A stretch of DNA of 42,886 nt, taken from assembly GCA_045657205.1 (NCBI GenBank), contig JAZOSS010000132.1, positions 1 through 42,886 on the forward strand, given 5' to 3'. A model generated the notes under the pieces. It saw only the letters and a list, made by a program, of their open reading frames with translations. It was not told where the DNA came from and made no database searches. Below are positions 18,155 through 25,920 of this stretch, one piece after another. The position numbers were made by a program, and so were the translations under genes. Source of the stretch: Eubacteriales bacterium (lineage in GTDB: Bacteria; Bacillota; Clostridia; Oscillospirales; CAG-272). Each line of letters starts with the position of its first letter. Within the stretch, counting starts at the first letter, position 1.

Positions 18155-18226
18155 ATCCGTTGTCTGTTGTAACGGTATAAATTTGTCGTTTCGACTTCAC
18201 ATAAATCTGCCAGGGAGGTGTAAAGC

Positions 18227-18412
18227 ATGGCAAAATGCAGCGTATGCGGAAAGGGCGTAACATTCGGACACAATGTTTCCCACTCAAACCGTAAAACAAG
18301 CAGAACATGGAAAGCTAACATAAGAAAAGTTAAGGCTAACGTAAACGGTACCACCAAGACAGTAGCCGTTTGTTCCCGTTGCCTCCGCTCAGGCAAGATC
18401 AGCAGAGCTTAA
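18227..18412 (+). CDS. rpmB: 50S ribosomal protein L28
   Basis: The full translation is MAKCSVCGKGVTFGHNVSHSNRKTSRTWKANIRKVKANVNGTTKTVAVCSRCLRSGKISRA. A GGGAGG RBS is present. Confidence 0.95.
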   Translation: MAKCSVCGKGVTFGHNVSHSNRKTSRTWKANIRKVKANVNGTTKTVAVCSRCLRSGKISRA

Positions 18413-18440
18413 CAAGCTGTTTGTTATACAATGTGCATAT

Positions 18441-18468
18441 AAAAGGGACGGTATACGTCCTTTTTTTG
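18441..18468 (+). terminator. Rho-independent terminator of rpmB
   Basis: Stem AAAAGGGACG / CGTCCTTTT with a GTATA loop, followed by a T-run. Confidence 0.8.
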
Positions 18469-18489
18469 CTTTAGTAATATTTTATTGAT

Positions 18490-19176
18490 ATGAGAAAAAT
18501 TTTAATCGGCGAATGCGGAAATCGGTTTTCCGAAGAATTGAAGGCACACGGTTTTTGCCCCGTCATACTTCCAAAAGAAAAACGCCTGCACGAAAGTGTC
18601 GGCTCGCATGCGGATATGCTGTGCGTAAAGCTTTATAAAAAGCTTCTTTTTACAAAAGAATATTACGAAAAAAATAAAGATATTCTGAGCTGTTTTGACG
18701 TTATTTTAACAGATGAACGTCACGGTGAAAAATATCCGTCCGACATTCTTTTCAACGTACTTTTCACGGATAATGCGATTTATGCAAAGCTTGACAGCGT
18801 ATCAAAAAAGATCTTATCGTATGCAAAAAATCACACGATGAAGGCTGTAAACGTGAAGCAGGGATACGCAAAATGCTCTGTTGCAAAGGTATCCGGCGGA
18901 TACATCACGGCTGATGACGGTTTATTCAAAAAACTTACGGAAAACGGCGAAAGGGTGTTGAAAATATCCCCGGGCGGAATAGCTTTGCCGGGTGTTGATT
19001 ACGGTTTTATCGGCGGTGCATCGTTTTACTGTGAGGAAACGGTATATTTCTTCGGAGATCTTTCATCGCATCCCGACTGCGAAAAAATAAACGGCTTTTG
19101 CAAGGAAACCCGTACAAAAGCCGTGAGTATATCAAATTGTCCGCTTACCGATATAGGCGGTGCGGTAATATTATGA
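18490..19176 (+). CDS. Conserved hypothetical protein, possibly an amidinotransferase-like (GME) fold enzyme
   Basis: This 228-aa protein has SHADM, GFIGG and a C-terminal NCPLTDIGG, which recall the His and C-terminal Cys signatures of guanidino-modifying enzymes. There is no clear RBS. The assignment comes from memory of similar annotations only. Confidence 0.4.
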   Translation: MRKILIGECGNRFSEELKAHGFCPVILPKEKRLHESVGSHADMLCVKLYKKLLFTKEYYEKNKDILSCFDVILTDERHGEKYPSDILFNVLFTDNAIYAKLDSVSKKILSYAKNHTMKAVNVKQGYAKCSVAKVSGGYITADDGLFKKLTENGERVLKISPGGIALPGVDYGFIGGASFYCEETVYFFGDLSSHPDCEKINGFCKETRTKAVSISNCPLTDIGGAVIL

Positions 19177-19896
19177 GTTCTTTTTGAGCTTACCGAGAAC
19201 AAGCCCCTTGCACTCAAACGAGTCATCGGGCTTTATTTTTATGTCGCTGTAAGCGGGGTTCAGGGAAATTAGTCTGTCTGTTGCAAATTTCTTTATATAT
19301 CCTTCGCCGTTGAGGACGAAAATACCTATCTTTCCCTCCTCAGGTCTTGAGTCGGATTCAATGATAACTATATCACCGTCGGAAAATTTCGGCTCCATAC
19401 TATCACCGCTTACTCTCAGAGCAAAGTCTGCCCTTTCGGTAAGGGGGGTTGACGGAAGCGTTATCTTGCGCGCGCAGGTGCTGTCAAGATAATAGCCGCA
19501 GCCTGCGGAAACGGGCATATCGTAAAAAAGTATACGGACTGTATTTTCATCGTCGAGAACGTACGATGAATTTTTCTTTTTCTTCTCTTCCATCGTGCGT
19601 TTGTATTCTCTTTCAAGACATCCGAGAACGGATGTATAGCCTTCCCCGTCGAGCGCACGCACTTTTTTTATTATATCCTTTTCATCATCGTTCATATCGC
19701 TTTCACCGATGATGGCACATACGGAAACTTCAAGTGCATCGGCAAGAGAGGTGACGGTTGAAAGCTTCGGGCTTCCCGTCTGACCTGACAGTATTTTATT
19801 GAGCGTTCCGAGAGGTATTCCCGACTTTTCCGCAAGAACGTCGTTTTTCATACCCTTTTCATTTTTTATTCTTTTAACTTCGGCAAGCCAATCCAT
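19171..19896 (-). CDS. LexA/CI-like self-cleaving repressor: XRE-type HTH plus S24 peptidase domain
   Basis: It has an N-terminal HTH (NDVLAEKSGIPLGTLNKILSGQ), a VSAG Ala-Gly cleavage-site-like motif, the Ser motif RVSGDSMEP and the Lys motif GYIKKF. I chose the ATG at 19896 (GGAG RBS 6 nt upstream) over the TTG at 19908. Confidence 0.85.
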   Translation of the reverse strand: MDWLAEVKRIKNEKGMKNDVLAEKSGIPLGTLNKILSGQTGSPKLSTVTSLADALEVSVCAIIGESDMNDDEKDIIKKVRALDGEGYTSVLGCLEREYKRTMEEKKKKNSSYVLDDENTVRILFYDMPVSAGCGYYLDSTCARKITLPSTPLTERADFALRVSGDSMEPKFSDGDIVIIESDSRPEEGKIGIFVLNGEGYIKKFATDRLISLNPAYSDIKIKPDDSFECKGLVLGKLKKNS

Positions 19897-19926
19897 AGTA
19901 ATCTCCAATTATCTTTTCTGAATACA

Positions 19927-19954
19927 ATTATACACATTTTTACCGTTTTGTCAA
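19927..19954 (-). promoter_or_regulatory. Promoter of the XRE-S24 repressor gene
   Basis: The minus strand reads TTGACA (plus 19949-19954), a 16-nt spacer, then TATAAT (plus 19927-19932). Confidence 0.65.
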
Positions 19955-20046
19955 GTCTTTTTCGACTTTTTTATATTTTTTTCGATTTTTCTATTGACAT
20001 TTTACCATTTTTGGTGTATACTGCAATCACAACATACCGATTTTGG
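19938..20046. promoter_or_regulatory. Three direct operator-like repeats, TACC-N1-2-TTTT(T)GG
   Basis: TTTTACCGTTTTG lies at 19938-19950 and overlaps the repressor promoter. TTTTACCATTTTTGG lies at 20000-20014, inside the spacer of the divergent promoter. ATACCGATTTTGG lies at 20034-20046, just downstream of its -10. The TACC cores are 62 and 32 bp apart, which is about 6 and 3 helical turns. Confidence 0.5.
19994..20022 (+). promoter_or_regulatory. Promoter of the small membrane protein gene
   Basis: TTGACA (19994-19999), a 17-nt spacer, then TATACT (20017-20022). Confidence 0.7.
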
Positions 20047-20062
20047 TAATTTGGAGGTAATT

Positions 20063-20419
20063 ATGAATAACAACATTTCATTAAGATACAATACAGAAAC
20101 GAGAACGAGAAAGTCAGCAAACGTAAGCAATTCCCTTTTATCGGTGATTGCCGCCGTTTATCTCGGTGCAGAATATACAGCTTACCTTTTGGGATACGCG
20201 CTTTGCCGCATCGTTTCCGCTTTCAACAGCAAGCAGGCAAACATCTGCGTTGCGATAATCAAAAAATATGCTCCGACGTGCGCTGTATGCGTTTGCGTTG
20301 TATTTCTTTTCGGTGTCGTCGGCGGAATGGAAGCAGGCACGATTCGTCCGGTGACAGGGCTTATAATATGCGGAATTATGCTTTCTTCAGCACTTTGGGC
20401 GCTCAACAAACGTAAATAA
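20063..20419 (+). CDS. Small polytopic membrane protein (118 aa, about 3 TM segments), function unknown
   Basis: The ATG at 20063 is preceded by a GGAGG RBS. Hydrophobic segments include LLSVIAAVYLGAEYTAYLLGYAL, CAVCVCVVFLFGVVGG and GLIICGIMLSSALWAL. The gene is divergent from the S24 repressor. Confidence 0.55.
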   Translation: MNNNISLRYNTETRTRKSANVSNSLLSVIAAVYLGAEYTAYLLGYALCRIVSAFNSKQANICVAIIKKYAPTCAVCVCVVFLFGVVGGMEAGTIRPVTGLIICGIMLSSALWALNKRK

Positions 20420-20451
20420 TTATTAAACTGATTTAAAATTATATGTTATCT

Positions 20452-20484
20452 AAATGTGGCAAAACGCTGTGTTTTGCCACATTT
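20452..20484 (+). terminator. Strong hairpin/terminator after the membrane protein gene
   Basis: A 14-bp stem AAATGTGGCAAAAC / GTTTTGCCACATTT with a GCTGT loop. T-rich sequence follows a little downstream. Confidence 0.7.
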
Positions 20485-20571
20485 CCGCCTCATTTTCGTC
20501 CTTTTTTCATCAAAATTCGTGTGCTGAATTATACGAAAGTGTAAATCTTTATAAAAATTAATTATTTATTA

Positions 20572-20600
20572 TTGATTAAATTGAGAATTAGTGGTATAAT
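20572..20600 (+). promoter_or_regulatory. Promoter of the solute-binding protein (SBP) gene
   Basis: TTGATT (20572-20577), a 17-nt spacer ending in TGg (extended -10), then TATAAT (20595-20600). Confidence 0.7.
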
Positions 20601-20648
20601 GAGCAGGTAAAACTATAACATTTGTAGGAATCTAAGGAGGTTCATTAA

Positions 20649-22442
20649 ATGAAGAAAATTGCCGCACTTATGTTGTGCCTTGTTTTCGTCCTTTCCGCAT
20701 TTGCCGGATGCTCACGTGCCGAAAACGATAACGGTGCAATTATACATATGCTTCTTTCTTCGGAAATCAAGAATTTCGACCCCGCAACAGCATACGTTGA
20801 CGCAGATGCCGTAAAGGTATTGGGGCTTCTGTATGAGGGTATCACAAAGATCGATGCCGACGGTGACGTTTCAAACGCCCTGGCTGACGATATCACCATA
20901 ACAGAGAACGAAGACAGACAGGAATACAAAATGCTCATTGAGCTTAAGAGCACGAAGTGGAGCGACGGTACTCCCGTCAGTGCCGACGACTTTATATTTG
21001 CTTGGAAGCGTATACTTCAGCCTGATTTTTCAAGTGATGCGGCAGTTTTGCTGTATGATATAAAGAACGCAAAGGCAGCTAAAGAAGGCGTTGCAGGCGT
21101 AAGCATCGACGACGTCGGTATAACAGCTCCCGACAGCGACCTTATTGAGATCGAATTTGAAGGTCCTATAAACTACGACCATTTTCTTGAATTGCTCGCT
21201 TCCCCCGCGCTTTATCCCTTGCGAGAGGATAAGGTCAGCAAGCCTTTGACGGACGATGACGGCGTCGTTCAATACGACGAAAACGACCAGATGCTCTACG
21301 ATCCCACATGGGCTACGAAGGCTACGATGATGGTAACAAACGGTCAGTTCGCCGTAAAGACGATGAACGATGAAAAAGAAAACAACACTTACGTTCTTGA
21401 ACGCAACAAATATTACAGACTCAAGGGTGAAGACGGCGAAAACGAGCTTAAATTCGTTAAGCCCCACAAGATAGTTATCCACTACGAATACCTCGGACGT
21501 GACGGCTCCGGTCTTCAGGGACTTCTTGATGCTTACAACAACGGTGAGATCTTCTATCTTTCAAACCTTCCTTTGGACCAGATAGAAGCTTACCGCAAGG
21601 ATCTCAAGATCTCCGACCTTCTCTCAACGCACACGTTCATGTTCAACCGTGAAAACGAATTGTTTGATTCTGCTGAGGTCCGCCGTGCACTTTCACTTGC
21701 ACTTGACAGAGATCACATCGTATCAATAACGGGCGGCACGAACAAAGCGGCAACAGGTATAGTACCTGCACCTGTATACAACACAAAGGCAGGAACGTCC
21801 TTCCGTGAAAAGCAGGGCAACATCCTTGCAACGACGGCAAATCTTGACGAAGCAAAATCCCTTGCAAAGAGCGCATCGGGCGACAAGACGATAAGACTCG
21901 TTTGCCGTGATTACACACTCAACGGCACAGACGAGCTTGTTGCAAAGTACGCTAAGGAACAGTGGGAACAGCTCGGTTTCTCAGTTAAAGTTCAGGCTCT
22001 CGACAGAAAAGATTACGCAAACGCTATCGAAAAAGGCGAATACGACGTTCTTTCAATAGATTATCAGTCAAACTCCACGGATGCTATCGGAACTCTTGCT
22101 CCCTTCGCTATCGAGTACAGCGGTGCGGCACGTGATACGCTCAACAACGATTACTCCGCAAAGCCCAACCTTTCCGGTTACGACAGCGAAGCATATTCGG
22201 CACTTATAAAAGAGGCTCTTGCACTCGCTCCCTACTCCACAGAAAGAGCTGCAAAGCTTGCTGAAGCCGAAAAGCTTTTGCTTGAAGATATGGCAATAAT
22301 TCCGCTTCAGTTCAACACGGAATACTATCTCATTTCCGACGATCTTTCCAAGGTAGATTCTTCAATCTTCGGATTCAGATTCTTCAACAAGGCAAAGCTC
22401 AAGGGTTATGAAAAATTCCTTGAAACGGAAGCTCAGGCTTAA
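20649..22442 (+). CDS. ABC transporter substrate-binding lipoprotein, family 5 (OppA/DppA-like peptide/nickel binding)
   Basis: It has a signal peptide with the lipobox LSAFAGC. The 597-aa protein shows an SBP_bac_5-like pattern (LLYEGITKID..., KWSDGTPVSADDFIFAWKR). An AGGAGG RBS is present. Confidence 0.85.
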   Translation: MKKIAALMLCLVFVLSAFAGCSRAENDNGAIIHMLLSSEIKNFDPATAYVDADAVKVLGLLYEGITKIDADGDVSNALADDITITENEDRQEYKMLIELKSTKWSDGTPVSADDFIFAWKRILQPDFSSDAAVLLYDIKNAKAAKEGVAGVSIDDVGITAPDSDLIEIEFEGPINYDHFLELLASPALYPLREDKVSKPLTDDDGVVQYDENDQMLYDPTWATKATMMVTNGQFAVKTMNDEKENNTYVLERNKYYRLKGEDGENELKFVKPHKIVIHYEYLGRDGSGLQGLLDAYNNGEIFYLSNLPLDQIEAYRKDLKISDLLSTHTFMFNRENELFDSAEVRRALSLALDRDHIVSITGGTNKAATGIVPAPVYNTKAGTSFREKQGNILATTANLDEAKSLAKSASGDKTIRLVCRDYTLNGTDELVAKYAKEQWEQLGFSVKVQALDRKDYANAIEKGEYDVLSIDYQSNSTDAIGTLAPFAIEYSGAARDTLNNDYSAKPNLSGYDSEAYSALIKEALALAPYSTERAAKLAEAEKLLLEDMAIIPLQFNTEYYLISDDLSKVDSSIFGFRFFNKAKLKGYEKFLETEAQA

Positions 22443-22452
22443 ATAAAAAATG

Positions 22453-22485
22453 CGTACACAGTTTAAAAGCTGTGTACGTTTTTTT
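22453..22485 (+). terminator. Rho-independent terminator of the SBP gene
   Basis: Stem CGTACACAG / CTGTGTACG followed by TTTTTTT. Confidence 0.85.
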
Positions 22486-22512
22486 AAAGCATTGCACGAT
22501 CTTTATCTGCTT

Positions 22513-22558
22513 AATAATGAACCCCGACAAGCCTTACGATCTGTCGGGGTTCATTATT
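22513..22558. other. Perfect 17-bp inverted repeat between convergent genes
   Basis: AATAATGAACCCCGACA (22513-22529) pairs with TGTCGGGGTTCATTATT (22542-22558) across a 12-nt loop. Neither strand has a clear U-tract. Confidence 0.8.
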
Positions 22559-22565
22559 TACTGCG

Positions 22566-23714
22566 TTATTCTTCAATAAGTATTTTCTTTATGCTGTCGA
22601 TATCTTCCTGCTTAACGCCGATATCGAGCAGGTATGCTTCGATCTTATTCTGAAGAGTTGCATTCTCTCCGCCGTAATTATCAAGTCCGTTGAGAAGTGC
22701 GTCGATGTTCAGCCCAAGGGCGCTTACGGATGCACTGTCGGCATTACCTTGTCTTGAATAAAGTGAGAGGAAATATTCTTTTATGAGGACTTCCTCATCA
22801 ACTCCGCAAAGACCGAGAAGCAAGAACGCCGTTGTTCCCGTTCTGTCACGTCCGAGTGAGCAATGGAAAAGCACGGGGTAATTCTTTTCATCTGCGAAGA
22901 CTCGGATATTATTTCTCGTTTCCGTTCTGTATTCATCTGAGAAAATATGCTGATACCAGCCCATTTTTACCGGTATGTATTTAAGTCCTGAAATGGGTGC
23001 GCCCGATTTTCCTCTGAGGTCGAGGTCCGTTTTTATACCGAGCTGATTCAATACGACGTCTTTACCCGAAGTATTAGCATCATCAAGCTGTGCGGAACGG
23101 TATGCAAGTCCCTGTCTGATCGTTTTTCCGTCAATCGTTTTATATCCGCCGATATCACGGAAGTTTGATATATTATCGACTTTCAAAAATCTCGGCAAGC
23201 CCGCCTTTGTTTCAAACGTGAAAACAGCGGAAACAGTATCATCGGACGAAACCGTCCAATAGTATTTTGTGCCTACTTTAAAGTTATAAACATCATACAT
23301 AGTGGACTGTGTTTTGTACACCCAAGCATCCGAAAGGTCTTCGTTTTCGGATATTGTAAGGGTGTATTCCTTACCGGGCTTTGCTTTTGCATCTTCCCAT
23401 GCAAACGTGATTGCTGACGGTGTGCACGCTTCGGTATTTTTATCCGAATAATTCATTCCCGTACCCGCTTTGACGTTTGCAACACGAGTGTTCATATGCT
23501 TTACAATATCATCGCTTACAAACACTATATCTTTCTGTCCGTCAGCGGGAGCTGTAAGGGTTATATCACTTATTACAGCTTCTGTCTGAGCATCCGTTTC
23601 GTACACAGTATCACTTCCTTCTGAAGTATCGTTCATTTTACTTTCCGTGCAAGAGGAAAGTGCCATCGCCGCAAGAAGTGCTGAAACAATGGCTATTTTT
23701 GCATAATGCTTCAT
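22566..23714 (-). CDS. Secreted lipoprotein with a C-terminal protein-tyrosine-phosphatase-like (CX5R) domain
   Basis: It has the signal and lipobox MKHYAKIAIVSALLAAMALSSC and the active-site loop HCSLGRDRTGT (C-x5-R). I chose the ATG at 23714, which has a GAAAGGAAA RBS. Confidence 0.75.
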   Translation of the reverse strand: MKHYAKIAIVSALLAAMALSSCTESKMNDTSEGSDTVYETDAQTEAVISDITLTAPADGQKDIVFVSDDIVKHMNTRVANVKAGTGMNYSDKNTEACTPSAITFAWEDAKAKPGKEYTLTISENEDLSDAWVYKTQSTMYDVYNFKVGTKYYWTVSSDDTVSAVFTFETKAGLPRFLKVDNISNFRDIGGYKTIDGKTIRQGLAYRSAQLDDANTSGKDVVLNQLGIKTDLDLRGKSGAPISGLKYIPVKMGWYQHIFSDEYRTETRNNIRVFADEKNYPVLFHCSLGRDRTGTTAFLLLGLCGVDEEVLIKEYFLSLYSRQGNADSASVSALGLNIDALLNGLDNYGGENATLQNKIEAYLLDIGVKQEDIDSIKKILIEE

Positions 23715-23742
23715 AAATCGTTTCCTTTCACTTTTTTTATTG

Positions 23743-23771
23743 ATTATATCACATTTTTTTAATTTAGTCAA
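23743..23771 (-). promoter_or_regulatory. Promoter of the phosphatase lipoprotein gene
   Basis: The minus strand reads TTGACT, a 17-nt spacer with a TGa extended -10, then TATAAT. Confidence 0.65.
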
Positions 23772-23772
23772 G

Positions 23773-23807
23773 AAAAAATACGGACAGAAGTTTTCTGCCC
23801 GTATTTT
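23773..23807 (-). terminator. Rho-independent terminator of the small Cys-rich protein gene
   Basis: The minus strand reads ATACGGGCAGAA-AAC-TTCTGTCCGTAT followed by TTTTTT. Confidence 0.8.
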
Positions 23808-23828
23808 AAGCATAAGCTGAATTACAAA

Positions 23829-24053
23829 TTATTCAGCAACCTCGTCGATGCATTCTTCATCGTCGCAGCAGCAGCATGAGCAGATATCGTCATCGTCGAT
23901 ATCGAGCTCATCAAGCTCGTCGAACAACGAATCTTCTTTTGCCGCCTTTTTTGCACGAAGCTTCTTAACAACAAGAAGAGCTGCAACAGCTACACCGACA
24001 ACTGCAAAAAGCAAAACGACAACTTTCAAAGCGGTGGATGTTTCTTTAGACAT
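23829..24053 (-). CDS. Small membrane-anchored protein with an acidic Cys-cluster tail (resembles FeoB-associated Cys-rich membrane proteins)
   Basis: The 74-aa protein has one TM segment (LKVVVLLFAVVGVAVAALLVV), a basic stretch KKLRAKKAAK, and then DELDELDIDDDDICSCCCCDDEECIDEVAE. It has its own promoter, an AAAGGAG RBS and a terminator. Confidence 0.6.
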   Translation of the reverse strand: MSKETSTALKVVVLLFAVVGVAVAALLVVKKLRAKKAAKEDSLFDELDELDIDDDDICSCCCCDDEECIDEVAE

Positions 24054-24107
24054 AGTAATATCTCCTTTTCAAATTTATATTATTTTTTATTTTCTCCGAC
24101 TGTGTAT

Positions 24108-24137
24108 ATTATATACCAAAACATACGAATTAGTCAA
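24108..24137 (-). promoter_or_regulatory. Promoter of the small Cys-rich protein gene
   Basis: The minus strand reads TTGACT (plus 24132-24137), an 18-nt spacer, then TATAAT (plus 24108-24113). Confidence 0.6.
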
Positions 24138-24190
24138 TACTTCCTGCGTGACGGGATTTTATATTTGTATTAATTGTTTGTAAAATTATG

Positions 24191-24685
24191 TCATATATGA
24201 TGTTTTTTATACGCTTTCAAGATCGGTTTTTCAAGAAGTCTTTTGAATTTGGTGAATGGATCCGTTTTGTCCTTTATCGGAGGGACTAACACGGTACGGA
24301 TACCTGCATTTCGTCCTGCCAGAACGTCCGTAAACACCTGATCGCCTATGATGCAGGCGTTTTTCTTTTCAGCCTTCATTTTTTCAAGAGCGTGTAGCAC
24401 GTTCTTTTTAAACGGTTTTCCGCTCTTGCCGACGGCAAAAAAACCGAGTTCTTCGTTGAATATTCTTACTCTTTCGTGGGAATTGTTTGAAACAAAGGAA
24501 ACGGAAATACCGTTTTCGTTCAGTTTTTCAAGCCATATCAAAAGCTGTTTTGTCGGTTTTTCGTCATCGTAGGTAACAAGCGTATTGTCGATATCGGAGA
24601 CTATCGCCGTGATGCCGTTTTCTTTAAAAAATTCGGGTGATATATCGTAAACGCTTGAAAACATAAAATCGGGAACGAGTGTCAT
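24191..24685 (-). CDS. YqeG-family HAD-IIIA phosphatase
   Basis: The motifs AIVSDIDNTLV (DxDxT), SFVSNN and IIGDQVFTDVLAGRNAG are present. The ATG at 24685 overlaps the upstream stop (ATGA). The Arg/Lys-rich 54-aa extension in the ORF track is rejected. Confidence 0.8.
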   Translation of the reverse strand: MTLVPDFMFSSVYDISPEFFKENGITAIVSDIDNTLVTYDDEKPTKQLLIWLEKLNENGISVSFVSNNSHERVRIFNEELGFFAVGKSGKPFKKNVLHALEKMKAEKKNACIIGDQVFTDVLAGRNAGIRTVLVPPIKDKTDPFTKFKRLLEKPILKAYKKHHI

Positions 24686-25920
24686 ATCAAATTTTCCTCC
24701 GCGCACGAAAGCATAAGGCGCAGGCGGTTTTCCTGATTCACCTTTGTCATTCCGGGATCGTAGTCTATTGCCACGATGTTTGCCCCGGGATTGTTTTCCA
24801 TCATTCTTTTCATAACGCCCTTTGCGACGATATGATTGGGAAGGCATCCGAACGGCTGAACGCAGACAATGTTTTTTACACCCGTTTCGATAAGCTCCGA
24901 TATTTCGGCAACGAGAAGCCAGCCTTCGCCCATTTTAACGCCCGTACCGATATATTTATCCGTAAGATGATGTATATCGTAAAGCGGTGACGGAGGTGTG
25001 AAGGAGGAATTTTCCTTGACTTCCTTTGCGATATTTTCCGTTATGCGGTTTATGAACTTTATGGCGCATTTGCACACAAAAGCCGCTTTTGCACCCTTGC
25101 CGTACAGTCTGTTATCCTCAACGTAATTGTACATACAGTAGAGCAGGAAGTTTATGAGTCCCGGCATAACGGGCTCACTGTTTTCCGAAAGGAGGAATTT
25201 TTCGATATCGTTATTGCCGAGCGGTGAAAATTTAACGAATATCTCACCGACTATGCCGACTTTCGGTATCTTTTTTTCAACTCTTTCGATCTTCTCAAAA
25301 TCACGTGCGATCTCTCCGTACATTTTTTTGAGTTTTCTTCTGTTGAGATGCTTTTTCGTAAGCTCGCCGCAGAGGATATCCGTCCATTTGCTGACCATCT
25401 CCTCCGTTGAGCCTTTATTCGTTTCATACGGCAGGCACTGATTTTTCAGTGACATAATCAGGTCGCCGTAAAGACAGGCGTATGCGGCGCGAAGCGCCAT
25501 CGGAAGCGTTATTTTAAAGCCGGGGTTTTTTTCAAGCCCCGAAAAGTTGAGCGATATGACGGGGATATGTGCAAGTCCTGCATCCTTGAGCGCCTTACGC
25601 AAAACGGCGATATAGTTCGATGCACGGCATCCGCCGCCCGTCTGCGTTATCATGAGCGCAACTTTATAAAGGTCGTACTTTCCGCTTGCGAGTGCGTCGA
25701 GAAACTGACCGACGATGAGCTGAACGGGGTAGCAGGCGTCGTTGTGGACGTATTTAAGTCCTGCGGATATGACCTTTTCACCCGTGTTTTCAAGCAGGAC
25801 GGTATTGTAGCCGTAGTATTTGAACACTTTCTCCAATATCTTGAAGTGAACGGGGAGCATATTCGGCATAAGGATCGTATAATCCTTACGCATTTCCTGT
25901 GTAAAAAGTACTCTATCCAT
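24682..25920 (-). CDS. 2-hydroxyacyl-CoA dehydratase / BcrC-BadD-HgdB family protein (candidate Fe-S double-cubane-type protein)
   Basis: The motifs HNDACYPVQ, TQTGGGCRASNY and VCVQPFGCLPNH are typical of this family. The ATG at 25920 overlaps the activase stop by 8 nt (ATGGATAG). Confidence 0.75.
   Translation of the reverse strand: MDRVLFTQEMRKDYTILMPNMLPVHFKILEKVFKYYGYNTVLLENTGEKVISAGLKYVHNDACYPVQLIVGQFLDALASGKYDLYKVALMITQTGGGCRASNYIAVLRKALKDAGLAHIPVISLNFSGLEKNPGFKITLPMALRAAYACLYGDLIMSLKNQCLPYETNKGSTEEMVSKWTDILCGELTKKHLNRRKLKKMYGEIARDFEKIERVEKKIPKVGIVGEIFVKFSPLGNNDIEKFLLSENSEPVMPGLINFLLYCMYNYVEDNRLYGKGAKAAFVCKCAIKFINRITENIAKEVKENSSFTPPSPLYDIHHLTDKYIGTGVKMGEGWLLVAEISELIETGVKNIVCVQPFGCLPNHIVAKGVMKRMMENNPGANIVAIDYDPGMTKVNQENRLRLMLSCAEENLI

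Noticed and set aside
19171-19896. The XRE-S24 protein as the canonical LexA
   Set aside because: The DNA-binding domain is an XRE-type HTH rather than the LexA winged helix. Its own promoter region lacks a CGAAC-N4-GTTCG box, whereas recA has a perfect one.
22513-22558. The 17-bp perfect palindrome as a mobile-element end or att site
   Set aside because: It occurs only once in the window, sits between two convergent stop codons and has no flanking repeats. It is most simply a terminator-like hairpin, although it lacks a U-tract.
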